From positions 500 to 64,499 of the IMG/VR virus record IMGVR_UViG_3300020047_001679: 64,000 bases of DNA; one strand, written 5' to 3'. Under the pieces are notes generated by a model. It made no database searches, was not told where the DNA came from, and saw only the letters and a list, made by a program, of their open reading frames with translations. The translations under genes and the position numbers were made by a program. The stretch's first letter is position 1. Each line of letters opens with the position of its first letter. The DNA comes from a virus (Duplodnaviria > Caudoviricetes). Below are positions 28,957 through 38,215 of this stretch, piece by piece.

Positions 28957-29231
28957 AATGATTTAGATAAATTTAAAATGATTTCCTCTTGTTCAAATGA
29001 TAATCTTAAATAGTTATTGCTAATCTTTTGCATTGCCTCAAAGAATTCTGTGGTAGCAATAGAGCTAGTGTCGGGAGCTTTGAACTCTGCCTTATATTTA
29101 TTTAACTCATACTCCCATACTTCTTCGTGTTGACTATATATCTCTTTGATTAGTCTTGAGACTTCAGAGTCTGTGCACTCCCGCACATACTCCCATTCAG
29201 ATATTTCTACCTCTGCTGTAAATTCAGGCAT
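28953..29231 (-). CDS. Hypothetical protein
   Basis: Probable start MPEFTAEV. Confidence 0.5.
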   Translation of the reverse strand: MPEFTAEVEISEWEYVRECTDSEVSRLIKEIYSQHEEVWEYELNKYKAEFKAPDTSSIATTEFFEAMQKISNNYLRLSFEQEEIILNLSKSL

Positions 29232-29418
29232 TGTCTTTTTGGTTGAGTGGATTTTCCAAAAATACTTCAAACTCACCAGGCACATCTGTAGATTTATACC
29301 AAACTGGTGCTGGTTGAAAGTATCTCTCTTCGTTTATATAAATTACTGAAGAAGATATATTAAGAAAATCAAATGTATCTTCTGACATATTGACTCTAAT
29401 TATTGGTTCATTAGTCAT
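29224..29418 (-). CDS. Hypothetical protein
   Basis: Small ORF overlapping both neighbours. Confidence 0.45.
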   Translation of the reverse strand: MTNEPIIRVNMSEDTFDFLNISSSVIYINEERYFQPAPVWYKSTDVPGEFEVFLENPLNQKDNA

Positions 29419-29878
29419 TTTCTTCTTGTTTAGGTGATTTAATCACTGCCCAGTGCGTGATTGAATTGTGATTGTATGCCCATCCTGATGTATTCCATGT
29501 TTCCCAATGTATGTTACCATCCTTTCTGCATACTAGATACTTACCAGATTTTATTGGTCGTGTACTTAGGTCATAGAAGTCAAACTTAACCCATTGACCA
29601 GCTGCTGTTTGTGGCAACAACTGTTCTAATGTTTCTGATACAACTTTTTGTACAATATGTGACTTATCAATCTTCTCATTGATAGCATCAGCAATAAACT
29701 TACCCACTTCATCTTGGAATTTAGTAGCTTGTTCCTGATAAGGGAATGAGTTCTGTGTAGCACCCCAACCTCTTATCTCAGCAATCATTTGACTACCACC
29801 ATCTGATGATTGTTTAGACCACAAGTATTGTCCATACTCATCATAGTAAACATCTTTAAGCCATTGTTGTATTGTCAT
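29411..29878 (-). CDS. Hypothetical protein with DUF551-like C-terminus
   Basis: W..RP..SGKYLV..W..ITHW. Confidence 0.5.
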   Translation of the reverse strand: MTIQQWLKDVYYDEYGQYLWSKQSSDGGSQMIAEIRGWGATQNSFPYQEQATKFQDEVGKFIADAINEKIDKSHIVQKVVSETLEQLLPQTAAGQWVKFDFYDLSTRPIKSGKYLVCRKDGNIHWETWNTSGWAYNHNSITHWAVIKSPKQEEND

Positions 29879-29889
29879 TGTCTTGTTGT

Positions 29890-30078
29890 TTAAAATGTTA
29901 TACCTTCTAAAACTTTTTCACTAACCCTAAGTTGTCCGGAGTGCATTGCCCTGGCAAGCGATAATACAGCATCAGCCTCTCTTTCAGTAAGCATAACCTG
30001 CCTGATATTTCCTTTGCTAGTCTTGATAATCAATACTCCACTTAATTCTAATTCTGGTTCTCCCTTCTTCTTTTTCAT
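29890..30078 (-). CDS. Hypothetical protein
   Basis: Small ORF in the early arm. Confidence 0.5.
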   Translation of the reverse strand: MKKKKGEPELELSGVLIIKTSKGNIRQVMLTEREADAVLSLARAMHSGQLRVSEKVLEGITF

Positions 30079-30296
30079 TTGACTTGTTGTTCTATTATTA
30101 AAATTATCTCTCTTGTTAACGAACCTGCTGTCCTGGTACCATCAATAACCCATTTGATGATAGCATGTTCTATGGCTGTGTACAGTTTATTCTCGTCCAT
30201 TGCTGTAATCCTTTTTGTTCGTCAAAATATACCTTCTCAAAATCAGCGATGGGCTCAAAGGTGTCCATCATAAATGAATCTGTCACCACCTCAGGT

Positions 30297-30608
30297 TCAG
30301 ACCGCTTCGGATCGTGCCCCACTCTCAGGCACACGAGTAACATTATCAATGTTTTCATATCTATCTATTGCGTTTAAGATCTGTTCGTAACTAATAGCGT
30401 ACGCTATCTTAAAATTAAAATGCCTCTGGTCGTGTGACCAGTACGCAGGAAGATCCTCAAACTGGATAAGCAGGTAATGGTACTCACCACTTGATTTTAG
30501 TACCAAAATGTTATTGCCTCCAAGCATACTCGAATAGCGTAACCCTCTCTGCCTGAGGGCACGCCTAACCTTGCTCGCAAGGCCAGCGGTGGTTATCTTT
30601 TTGCCCAT
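30297..30608 (-). CDS. Hypothetical protein
   Basis: ORF coupled to the upstream gene. Confidence 0.5.
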   Translation of the reverse strand: MGKKITTAGLASKVRRALRQRGLRYSSMLGGNNILVLKSSGEYHYLLIQFEDLPAYWSHDQRHFNFKIAYAISYEQILNAIDRYENIDNVTRVPESGARSEAV

Positions 30609-30895
30609 TCGCTTGCGTAGTCTATCGGTGCATAGAATTTAGTTTGTACCCAACCAGTCTTCCGTAGTCTACGCTTCTTGTGGTCGATGTAAGGGTAAAA
30701 TGTAAAGTGACCCTGCCGATGCTTTTGCAACTGCATTGTTTTATCACACTCATCACAGACTAGGTTCATGGTTAACTTATTGCCTGACTTGACAAATAAC
30801 TTCTCTACCACCACCAGGTCGTGTTCATGCTTGCACCAGGGGCATCGCATATCGGATTCCTCGAATCCTTTGCGTGATCTAATTAGTTTTTCCAT
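30593..30895 (-). CDS. Zinc-ribbon protein
   Basis: CPWC..CDEC; start moved to MEKLIRS. Confidence 0.55.
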   Translation of the reverse strand: MEKLIRSRKGFEESDMRCPWCKHEHDLVVVEKLFVKSGNKLTMNLVCDECDKTMQLQKHRQGHFTFYPYIDHKKRRLRKTGWVQTKFYAPIDYASEWAKR

Positions 30896-31100
30896 AGGTT
30901 TCGAAATAATATTGTTCAAAATCTTCCCCACTTCCATGGTCTAATAAAGAATAGCTACCATGATTCCAAGTGTTACTATGTTGCTCTTTCTCCATATCTT
31001 TGGCATTGTCCCGTATAACCCTAATGACTAATTGATTTCCTGGTTCAATAAATTTTTCCAGTTTAGAAATTGCATAGTCTACTGCTGTTTGATTTTCCAT
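30879..31100 (-). CDS. Small protein of the MEN.TAV family
   Basis: TAVDY..AKDMEKEQ..FEQYYFETYGK. Confidence 0.65.
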   Translation of the reverse strand: MENQTAVDYAISKLEKFIEPGNQLVIRVIRDNAKDMEKEQHSNTWNHGSYSLLDHGSGEDFEQYYFETYGKTN

Positions 31101-31205
31101 TAGCTTAGATTAATTAAAATGTAAATACATAGTAATGCACTCAATGTGCCGGTGATGCCAATGATGACACCGATCGTAAATTGTTTGAAGGCAATCTCTG
31201 CCACG

Positions 31206-31541
31206 TTAAATTTTTCTTCCATCGCGTTCTCTTGCTAGTTCTTGTTTTGATTTAGCCGTCACCAAGTTAGTAGTGCCAGTCTGATTCTTTTCAAATTCCT
31301 TCATCTTAGTGATACCATACAACACACTCGCATGGTCAATCGGATACCCGTACCGCTCGCAGTACCGCTGTATCTCCCATATCGCTATGCCCTCCATATC
31401 ACATAGCGTGTAAAAATGATGCCTAGCCGATACGATCGGGAAAGCCTTCGTGTTTAAAAACATATCCCTCTTGCGGATACGATGCCGATAACAAATTCGC
31501 CTTGCGATTCTATCGATTTTTTCTACGTCTGATATAATCAT
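31206..31541 (-). CDS. DnaA domain IV-like helix-turn-helix protein
   Basis: IVSARHHFYTLC..IDHASVLYGITK resembles the DnaA C-terminal DH.TV..G motif. Confidence 0.55.
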   Translation of the reverse strand: MIISDVEKIDRIARRICYRHRIRKRDMFLNTKAFPIVSARHHFYTLCDMEGIAIWEIQRYCERYGYPIDHASVLYGITKMKEFEKNQTGTTNLVTAKSKQELARERDGRKI

Positions 31542-31815
31542 ACTATAATAAAAAATAAGATTAATAATACTGCGATACCCACCAGTAAGATGGTCGCTTT
31601 AGTCCCTTGATTCTGCACGATCTTTTACATAAGTGGCGATGGCTAACACCAACACACCAGCGGTGAATAATAAAAACGTGGCCTCGATAAATAATAACAA
31701 GCCTGAAAATAATGCCGATGCAAACAATGCAATCGCAATCCAATGTAGTGTGTTCATAGTATATGTCCGATTATTGCAACCGCTAAGGTCACGATCCAAA
31801 TGATTATTTTAGTTT

Positions 31816-32142
31816 TCATGGCAACAAGTATAAAGGGAGCCGTGGCCTTGACTTGTATGACCACCACTCTGACCCATCGTACTCGGCACGCTCAGACCAA
31901 GTACCATCTTTGTACCAAATAATGCCTGATAATAATTGCGAGCCAAAGCCATCATCGTATTCAAAATTTATCTTCTCTAAAAACTTATCATACTCTTCTT
32001 GCGAGTAAGCCGCAACTAATTGAATTACTACTGGCCTCTCATCATCGTCAGGGTCGACCCAGTCGTACCCATACTTCAAGTCCACGCAAAGAACCTCTTT
32101 GCCTTTGACTTCTTCTAAAAACTCTTCTTTCATGTTAGTCAT
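31816..32142 (-). CDS. Hypothetical phage protein
   Basis: YDDGFGSQ.L.GIIWYKDGTWSER.EYDGSEWW. Confidence 0.65.
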   Translation of the reverse strand: MTNMKEEFLEEVKGKEVLCVDLKYGYDWVDPDDDERPVVIQLVAAYSQEEYDKFLEKINFEYDDGFGSQLLSGIIWYKDGTWSERAEYDGSEWWSYKSRPRLPLYLLP

Positions 32143-32374
32143 TGTACTGCTCGATTATCTCGTTAAAATCCTTGAGTAAATTTGCGGACACATTGTCGTA
32201 GCTTGTCCATAACCAGTCCTTTCCATCGAAACATTTTAGGATGAACTTCTTGGTGATCGCGTCCTTGGTGAACTGGAACTGCACCGTTCGACCGCTTGCT
32301 GTGGGTAGATAAAATCTCCCCCCTTTGAGCCCTGATCTGATCAGCTCTCTGAATTGCTCTATTCTTTCTTTCAT
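32135..32374 (-). CDS. Hypothetical protein
   Basis: Coupled to the downstream gene. Confidence 0.5.
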   Translation of the reverse strand: MKERIEQFRELIRSGLKGGRFYLPTASGRTVQFQFTKDAITKKFILKCFDGKDWLWTSYDNVSANLLKDFNEIIEQYND

Positions 32375-32481
32375 TGTCCATGTAAGTTTGAAATGTTGCG
32401 TTATTGTATTGCTCGATGAACTGCATCGTTCTATCGTCGTATTCGCAGGTACTCCCTATCCCCGAATACTTTGCCCATTCG

Positions 32482-32622
32482 TTAAAATCCATTTAATTGT
32501 CTACCGATTTTGATAACTCTAAGTGCTTTAAACTTACTGATCTCGTAATAATCTGCGAAAGCATCCAGCGTAATGAAATTGTTCAACCAGTCTAGGTACA
32601 TTGCCTCTATTTTAATTCTCAT
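32482..32622 (-). CDS. Small early protein, 46 aa (not in ORF track)
   Basis: MRIKIEAMYLDWLNNFITLDAFADYYEISKFKALRVIKIGRQLNGF; coupled to the upstream gene. Confidence 0.55.
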   Translation of the reverse strand: MRIKIEAMYLDWLNNFITLDAFADYYEISKFKALRVIKIGRQLNGF

Positions 32623-33076
32623 AATAGATTTCTTTTAGTTCGTTTATTTCTTCTTCACTGCAGAAAGTAAAGTCTTCAATAAAACCCTCGAATGAATCCG
32701 CACTATCTAGCCTACGTAACACCTCGCATTCAAGGAACTCATTCCACACCATAGATTTGTGCCTGCCTTCAAGGTATGGTAATTCCATTGTAAACAATAA
32801 CACACCATCCCGAAAACCAAACTTACCCCATATGTCCGAGCCAATTTCCCCGTACTCGCATTCAATTAAAACGCCTGAGAACTTCTCAGTTAGTTCACAT
32901 ACCCACTCCGCAGGTGGTGACCATCTAGACTCTACGGTGAATGTTAGTTCGCCATCGATCGGATCGCCAATGTCCACTATGTCCACATCTTTGTCTTTAA
33001 TCAAGTGATCGCGAAGTTTATCAAGTGCCTCAGGATGTGCAAAGGCTTGAATGTAGTTAAAACAAATGTTTGCCAT
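32612..33076 (-). CDS. YubB/DUF1281 ferredoxin-like fold protein
   Basis: MANICFN..F..ESRWSPP..Y.E.G. Confidence 0.55.
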   Translation of the reverse strand: MANICFNYIQAFAHPEALDKLRDHLIKDKDVDIVDIGDPIDGELTFTVESRWSPPAEWVCELTEKFSGVLIECEYGEIGSDIWGKFGFRDGVLLFTMELPYLEGRHKSMVWNEFLECEVLRRLDSADSFEGFIEDFTFCSEEEINELKEIYYEN

Positions 33077-33077
33077 C

Positions 33078-33287
33078 TTAAATTGTATTTAAAAATTGAG
33101 TAATTGACTCGGTTTTGGTGGTGAACTGGCTAATATAGTCCGTTAATGCTTCGCCTTGCTCGGTGAAAATTGAGCATTCAATCAGGTCTTTATCGCCTCG
33201 CTTGAATACTTTTACAATGATGACCCCACCCTCGGAGGCCACCACGTGGAGGCTATACTCGCCTTGATTTATGATTTTGCGTGCCAT
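33078..33287 (-). CDS. Hypothetical early protein
   Basis: Tight gene packing. Confidence 0.5.
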   Translation of the reverse strand: MARKIINQGEYSLHVVASEGGVIIVKVFKRGDKDLIECSIFTEQGEALTDYISQFTTKTESITQFLNTI

Positions 33288-33289
33288 GA

Positions 33290-33565
33290 TTATTCTATTA
33301 AATGTTTTTTTATTTCATGAGTTAAAATACTGAGTGTAAATTCTCGAATCCTTTCAGATGATAATACCTGATTTAAAATTTCCATTAGCTTTTCGCGTGG
33401 TAGCTCGAATTCTTCCTCATATAATTCCCTTAAATGCTCTTGAATCTCGATGGCCTCATCAATAGGCCAGACCGTTTGGTCTACTGCCCACTCTTTGGGA
33501 TCGAAACATTCGATACCCCTATTATGCAACTCTTTTATAAGCTCTCGCGTGCTAAGATTTTTCAT
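33290..33565 (-). CDS. Hypothetical early protein
   Basis: Tight gene packing. Confidence 0.55.
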   Translation of the reverse strand: MKNLSTRELIKELHNRGIECFDPKEWAVDQTVWPIDEAIEIQEHLRELYEEEFELPREKLMEILNQVLSSERIREFTLSILTHEIKKHLIE

Positions 33566-33697
33566 ATTTTTTTATCGCCTTTTCGAAGGCCGTTTTAGTT
33601 TTGAAAATTTCAATGTCCCAGAACTCGCTCCCATCTTTGTGGGTTTTGATTCCATCGTGCGAACTAATACTATATTTAGCTCGTCCTATCTGTGGAT

Positions 33698-33892
33698 TTA
33701 TTCTGAATTTGCGCATGATTCTATAATTGAATAGTATTTATCATATAACTCATTAAACTCATCTTGGGCCTCTTCTGTGTATGTCGTCGAGTCTTCGCCG
33801 TCTTTGTATACTGAACCATAATGCATATGAAGTATTAAATCAGCGTGGGCCAGTTCACTAGCCAGTTCTAAAATGTTTATCGTTACGTTCAT
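33698..33892 (-). CDS. Hypothetical acidic early protein
   Basis: INILELASELAH..YTEEAQDEFNELYDKY. Confidence 0.6.
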   Translation of the reverse strand: MNVTINILELASELAHADLILHMHYGSVYKDGEDSTTYTEEAQDEFNELYDKYYSIIESCANSE

Positions 33893-33898
33893 TTTTAT

Positions 33899-34549
33899 TT
33901 AGTTTGAGGCGATTATATTTAATTCTTCTGCGGTGTATTCTATCCCGTGCTCATCTATCACGGTGATATATTCTAACTCATCTTCAATTTCGCTTTGTGA
34001 TTTGTATTCCCAAATGTGGTCACCCCAATTATCTACCTTGAATAACTTTGCATCTGTGTACCCTCCGCGAACGTCTGACCCGTTGTGTATTTGAATAAGT
34101 GCGTAGTCCTCATATTGCCCGTCTACAAATAAACGCAATGAGACACCCTGTAAAGTTTGGGACAGGTCGCTGTCTCCGTTGTACGTGTTCCATTCTCTGG
34201 GGTTTTTATCATATCCGATCTCGTTTAAAAATGCTTGATGCTTTGCGGATACTCCGTAGAAATCGCCGTCCCAGTCTGTGGATTTAATGCGGTTGAATTT
34301 ATCACAGATAGAGTCTAATTCGTACATGGTTGATATATAATGGAACACTGATACACTCCGCTCGATATAATCATCGTTTCTATATTTTATATATAGTTCC
34401 GCTGGTTCATTTGCAAAGTCTTCGATTGTTTTCTTTGCGTTGCGTTGCCACATCCGGCCATCTGTCCCACCAGAATCGAGGAAGTGCACGCCCGTGTTTT
34501 CTGTTAACATTTTGTAAACTAACTTTTGGATTTGTGTGTACTTTTTCAT
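33899..34549 (-). CDS. Conserved hypothetical early protein
   Basis: MLTENTGVHFLDSGG..NTYNGDSDLSQ..QIHNGSDVRGGYTDA. Confidence 0.7.
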   Translation of the reverse strand: MKKYTQIQKLVYKMLTENTGVHFLDSGGTDGRMWQRNAKKTIEDFANEPAELYIKYRNDDYIERSVSVFHYISTMYELDSICDKFNRIKSTDWDGDFYGVSAKHQAFLNEIGYDKNPREWNTYNGDSDLSQTLQGVSLRLFVDGQYEDYALIQIHNGSDVRGGYTDAKLFKVDNWGDHIWEYKSQSEIEDELEYITVIDEHGIEYTAEELNIIASN

Positions 34550-34561
34550 GATTGCGTATTT

Positions 34562-34795
34562 TTATAGGTTGTTAATTTCGTTTTCTAAGTCTTTAATATT
34601 GTAAGATTGGAACACAATACCACCACCAAAGGATTTTGTGTGGTATTTTCTCCCGCCTATTGTGTTCGCCTTCTTGCATGCAAGAGCGTATTTTTCGCTA
34701 ATGCTTAAGCCTTCGCCATCAATAGGTATATTTAAAAAATGGGTTACGTAGCGAGGATTCCCGTTAACATCGTTATTAATTCTTGTAAATTCCAT
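34562..34795 (-). CDS. First gene of the leftward early arm, hypothetical
   Basis: NDVNGNPRYV..GGRKY..GGGIVFQSYN. Confidence 0.65.
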   Translation of the reverse strand: MEFTRINNDVNGNPRYVTHFLNIPIDGEGLSISEKYALACKKANTIGGRKYHTKSFGGGIVFQSYNIKDLENEINNL

Positions 34796-34799
34796 AATA

Positions 34800-35400
34800 G
34801 TATTATTTAAGGTGATTAAATTGTTTTGCGTTTTTGTTGATGCAAAGTAATGTATTTTTTCAGATACTTGTCAAGTACTTGTTGAAAACTTTTTTAGCAT
34901 TATTAGAAAAATGCAATGAATAAAGCCTAATTAGGCAAAAGTTCTTTAAAAAATGCAAGGATATTTTTGCAATAGTTTGAGCCTAATTTTGTGGTAATTC
35001 AAATTCTATTTAACATAATGTTAGGTTTGTGGCGGGGGCAAGCGAGTCACTCCCCTCCCTTATTTTTATTTTTGTCCTCCCGAAATAAATTTTTAGACGA
35101 GCCTAAAAATTCTATTTAACATAATGTTAAAAGTAAAGATCCTTTGCAATGGGATAATTAGACAAATGTCTAAACGCTTCGAGTCGGAAAGGTTAGATAG
35201 TTAGATAAATATCTAAACGTTGCGGGGCTATTCAAGCCAAATTATATCCGAGCGTTCACGCCGTGTCCCGCACGCAAGATAAGGCAAAAATCCTCCGAAC
35301 TTTTTCCCAATTCGCACCCCCCGTACCTCGATCCAGGTCGTTTCCTTTTCGGGCCCGGTCGGCTGAGATGGGGGTGTTACCCCCAACCCCTATTTTTCTA
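34800..35400. other. Divergence region with repeats; candidate genome terminus or packaging region
   Basis: Strand switch; 23-bp direct repeat at 35001-35023 and 35107-35129; palindromes; GC-rich block at 35310-35390. Confidence 0.45.
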
Positions 35401-35435
35401 ATCGTATATTTGCATTTTACTAAACAAAAACAACA

Positions 35436-35570
35436 ATGGCAAAAATGATCAAAGAATACGGTGGCAAGGAGAAGTATGCTTCTAAGGCTGCTAAGATGAA
35501 ACACGAGAAGATGGAGGGCAAGAAGGTAGAGAAGATGGAGAAGAAAGGTGTCTTTCCTAAGAAGAAGTAA
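35436..35570 (+). CDS. Small Lys-rich protein, 44 aa (not in ORF track)
   Basis: MAKMIKEYGGKEKYASK..PKKK, preceded by a TATATTTG box and an A-rich leader. Confidence 0.6.
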   Translation: MAKMIKEYGGKEKYASKAAKMKHEKMEGKKVEKMEKKGVFPKKK

Positions 35571-35993
35571 TGTTCGAGATCTTTGATCTTGAATACTAGA
35601 ATCAGACTCAAGTTTATAGCTTGGGTCTTTTTTATTTTCCATTTTTGCGTAATAAATGTGTATAAGTGTATGAGCAAATAATTTTGTACACAAAAGTAGG
35701 CGACTTCTAACTTATTGATTTTCAGTTACTTAACTATTCTATTTTATTATATTTACTTACTTTAATTCTTTATAAGAGGAAAAATATAAAAATATATATT
35801 AAGGGTAAATACACTTTCTATATAAGAGTATATAGAGATAAGTAGGAGTAAAGTTTGCATAATATGGTATAATTAATAATTATTTACTGATTATCAGTTA
35901 GTTAGCTATATTTAACTCATAGAAATAGGTGTTATTCAATAGGTTTATTCACAAATCCTTGCACTTTTAATTTGTTTTTATTAACTTTGTCAC

Positions 35994-36533
35994 ATGATTA
36001 ATAGACAAATGAAAGAATGGCTGGATAAATTGGAATTACCGTTGGGAGAGCGGGTTCTTACAGCGAGTCTACTTTCTTCTTTTTTGAATAGCCCTTTGGG
36101 ATTGCGAAAGGATTATTCGAAGCAGCATTTCAATAATATGCTAAGGGAGTATGCTAAAGACAAGGGATACCAAATCAAGGAGATGAACTCTACGTTTGGT
36201 AAGTACATGGTATTCTACAATGGGGAGATGGATGAGTCAAGCCCGTTGAAGAAGATTTCGGTTGAGCGTTTTATACACGAGACCAGTGTTGATTTTTTTG
36301 AGTGGTCGCAAAACATACCATCAGGAGAAAGGATCAGAGCTAAGAAGGTGAAGAAGAAGTTTGCTGATGAGAAATTAGATGGGTTGCATTATTACACTGC
36401 GGCTAATAAGAGGAACTACTACTTGACCGCTCAGTTGTTTTACAAGTGGTTGACTAAGCTGAATTACTTCAGGAACGGAAGACCGCCAGCAGAGGGTAGA
36501 GATTCACAAGGTAAATGGTTGATTTTAATTTAA
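35994..36533 (+). CDS. Protein with two copies of a domain resembling the primase-helicase C-terminus
   Basis: RFIHETSVDFFEW..FYKWL..EGRDSQGK aligns by eye with primase KFRAETNAEFAEW..FNSWL..ESRDGAGK. Confidence 0.65.
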   Translation: MINRQMKEWLDKLELPLGERVLTASLLSSFLNSPLGLRKDYSKQHFNNMLREYAKDKGYQIKEMNSTFGKYMVFYNGEMDESSPLKKISVERFIHETSVDFFEWSQNIPSGERIRAKKVKKKFADEKLDGLHYYTAANKRNYYLTAQLFYKWLTKLNYFRNGRPPAEGRDSQGKWLILI

Positions 36534-36546
36534 ACAAATACATAGA

Positions 36547-38088
36547 ATGATTGTAAAAGACATTGTCTTCGGAGATGAAGGCAGACAGAAATTAATTAGA
36601 GGTGTAGACAAGATTGCGAACGCAGTAGGGTCAACACTTGGAGCTAGAGGTAGAACGGTGCTGATTGAGTCAGAGAACCACACAGCCGGAATTGTTGTAA
36701 CGAAGGATGGAATTTCTGTGGCCAAAGCCATTAATCTAATGGACCCGGCCGAGAACCTTGCGGTTATGATCATGCGTGAGGCATCTGAGAAGACAGCTAA
36801 CTCGGCAGGAGATGGCACGACAACCAGTATGGTTCTAGCTCAAGCCATTATCCATGCTGCAACGGACTTGATAACACCAGAGGACAATGTCACTCAAGTA
36901 TTGAGAGACATTCAAGAGGCTGCGTTGAAAGTAGCAGATGAGCTAACGGAGATGTCCACAGAGATTACCCCTGAGAAGCTCGTCGATGTGGCGACTATCT
37001 CTGCCAATGGTGACGCGGAGATTGGGCAGATTATCGCTGATGCCTATAACCAGGTTGGTCTAAGTGGTGTGGTGACGGTCGAGAACTCAGCAACGGCTGA
37101 GACCTACTCTGAGGTGGTCAGTGGGATGAAGATAGACAGAGGCTACACGAGCAAGTACTTCGTGACAGACCACAAGAAGCAAGAGGCTGTGATGGACAAG
37201 CCATACATCTTGGTGACTGACCAGCCGATCGGTAACTTGAACGATATCCTGCCGATGCTTGAGTTTATTTTGCAAGGCAAGAAGTCGCTATTGATTATTG
37301 GTGAGCTAGAGGAGAATGCTCTGAACTCATTGAACGTAAACAAGATCAAGAGTGGCCTGAAGGTGTGCACGATCATCCCGCCATCGTTTGGGTATAAGCG
37401 TCACCAGATCATGCAGGACATTGCGACCGCTACGGGTGCTAAGTACTTCAGTGAGCAGACGGGTGATAACCTGTTGATGGCAAGCATCGACGACCTAGGA
37501 AGAGCAGGTAAGGTGGTGAGTGGCAGGTTCAATACGATTATTTTTGGAGCAGAGGGTGCAGGTGAGGAGAGAGTCGAGGAGCTACAAGAGCAGTTAGCTG
37601 TTGAGAGCTCAGCGATTGAGAAGGAGTTCTTGAAGGAACGTATCGCGAACCTGGGGGGTGGTGTTGGTGTGATTAAGGTGGGAGCAAACTCAGACATTGA
37701 GCAGAAGGAGAAGAAGGACCGGGTGGACGATGCGGTGTGTGCGGTGAAGGCTGCTTTGGAGGAGGGTATCCTGCCAGGTGGTGGCGTGGCCTTGAAGGAT
37801 ATCGCGGCTAAGATTCAGATCGAGAACAAGGGTGCGATGATACTGAAGGTGGCGATGCTTGCTCCGATGAGCAAGATATTGTCGAACGCAGGGCTTGAGA
37901 TGGATGGCGACATCTTGACTAAGGAGGGTGTTGGTATTAATGTGTCTAATGGGGCGATGTGCCACATGATGAGCGTTGGTATTATTGACCCGACGAAAGT
38001 GGCTAAAGAAGCCCTAAAAAATTCTGTAAGCGTAGCAACGACCTTGCTATCTACGGAGACGGTCATCACTAACGTAAGGCAGATGTAG
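36547..38088 (+). CDS. groEL: Chaperonin GroEL
   Basis: TLGARGR, TKDGISVA, AGDGTTT, ERIANL.GGV, EEGILPGGG and GIIDPTKV motifs. Confidence 0.97.
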   Translation: MIVKDIVFGDEGRQKLIRGVDKIANAVGSTLGARGRTVLIESENHTAGIVVTKDGISVAKAINLMDPAENLAVMIMREASEKTANSAGDGTTTSMVLAQAIIHAATDLITPEDNVTQVLRDIQEAALKVADELTEMSTEITPEKLVDVATISANGDAEIGQIIADAYNQVGLSGVVTVENSATAETYSEVVSGMKIDRGYTSKYFVTDHKKQEAVMDKPYILVTDQPIGNLNDILPMLEFILQGKKSLLIIGELEENALNSLNVNKIKSGLKVCTIIPPSFGYKRHQIMQDIATATGAKYFSEQTGDNLLMASIDDLGRAGKVVSGRFNTIIFGAEGAGEERVEELQEQLAVESSAIEKEFLKERIANLGGGVGVIKVGANSDIEQKEKKDRVDDAVCAVKAALEEGILPGGGVALKDIAAKIQIENKGAMILKVAMLAPMSKILSNAGLEMDGDILTKEGVGINVSNGAMCHMMSVGIIDPTKVAKEALKNSVSVATTLLSTETVITNVRQM

Positions 38089-38215
38089 TCTTTTCCGAGT
38101 TCTGTAACAAATTTTGCCAAAATCTGTAACAAAATGTTACCAAATTCGGAAGTGCGTTACAAAATGTAACGGTTTGAGTAGTAATAATACTGATTTTAAT
38201 AAAAAAATAAACACA

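Noticed and set aside
35001-35129. Complete dif site for XerCD integration
   Set aside because: Only the XerD-like arm is present; there is no XerC arm after a 6-bp spacer.
35256-35693. ORFs of 145, 85 and 61 aa in the divergence region
   Set aside because: They overlap the better supported 44-aa gene and its promoter, and their composition mirrors the opposite strand.
36525-38132. Antisense ORFs over groEL, and similar ones over nrdA, primase, the 1845-aa gene and capsid
   Set aside because: They are shadow frames of strongly supported genes and have no recognisable motifs.
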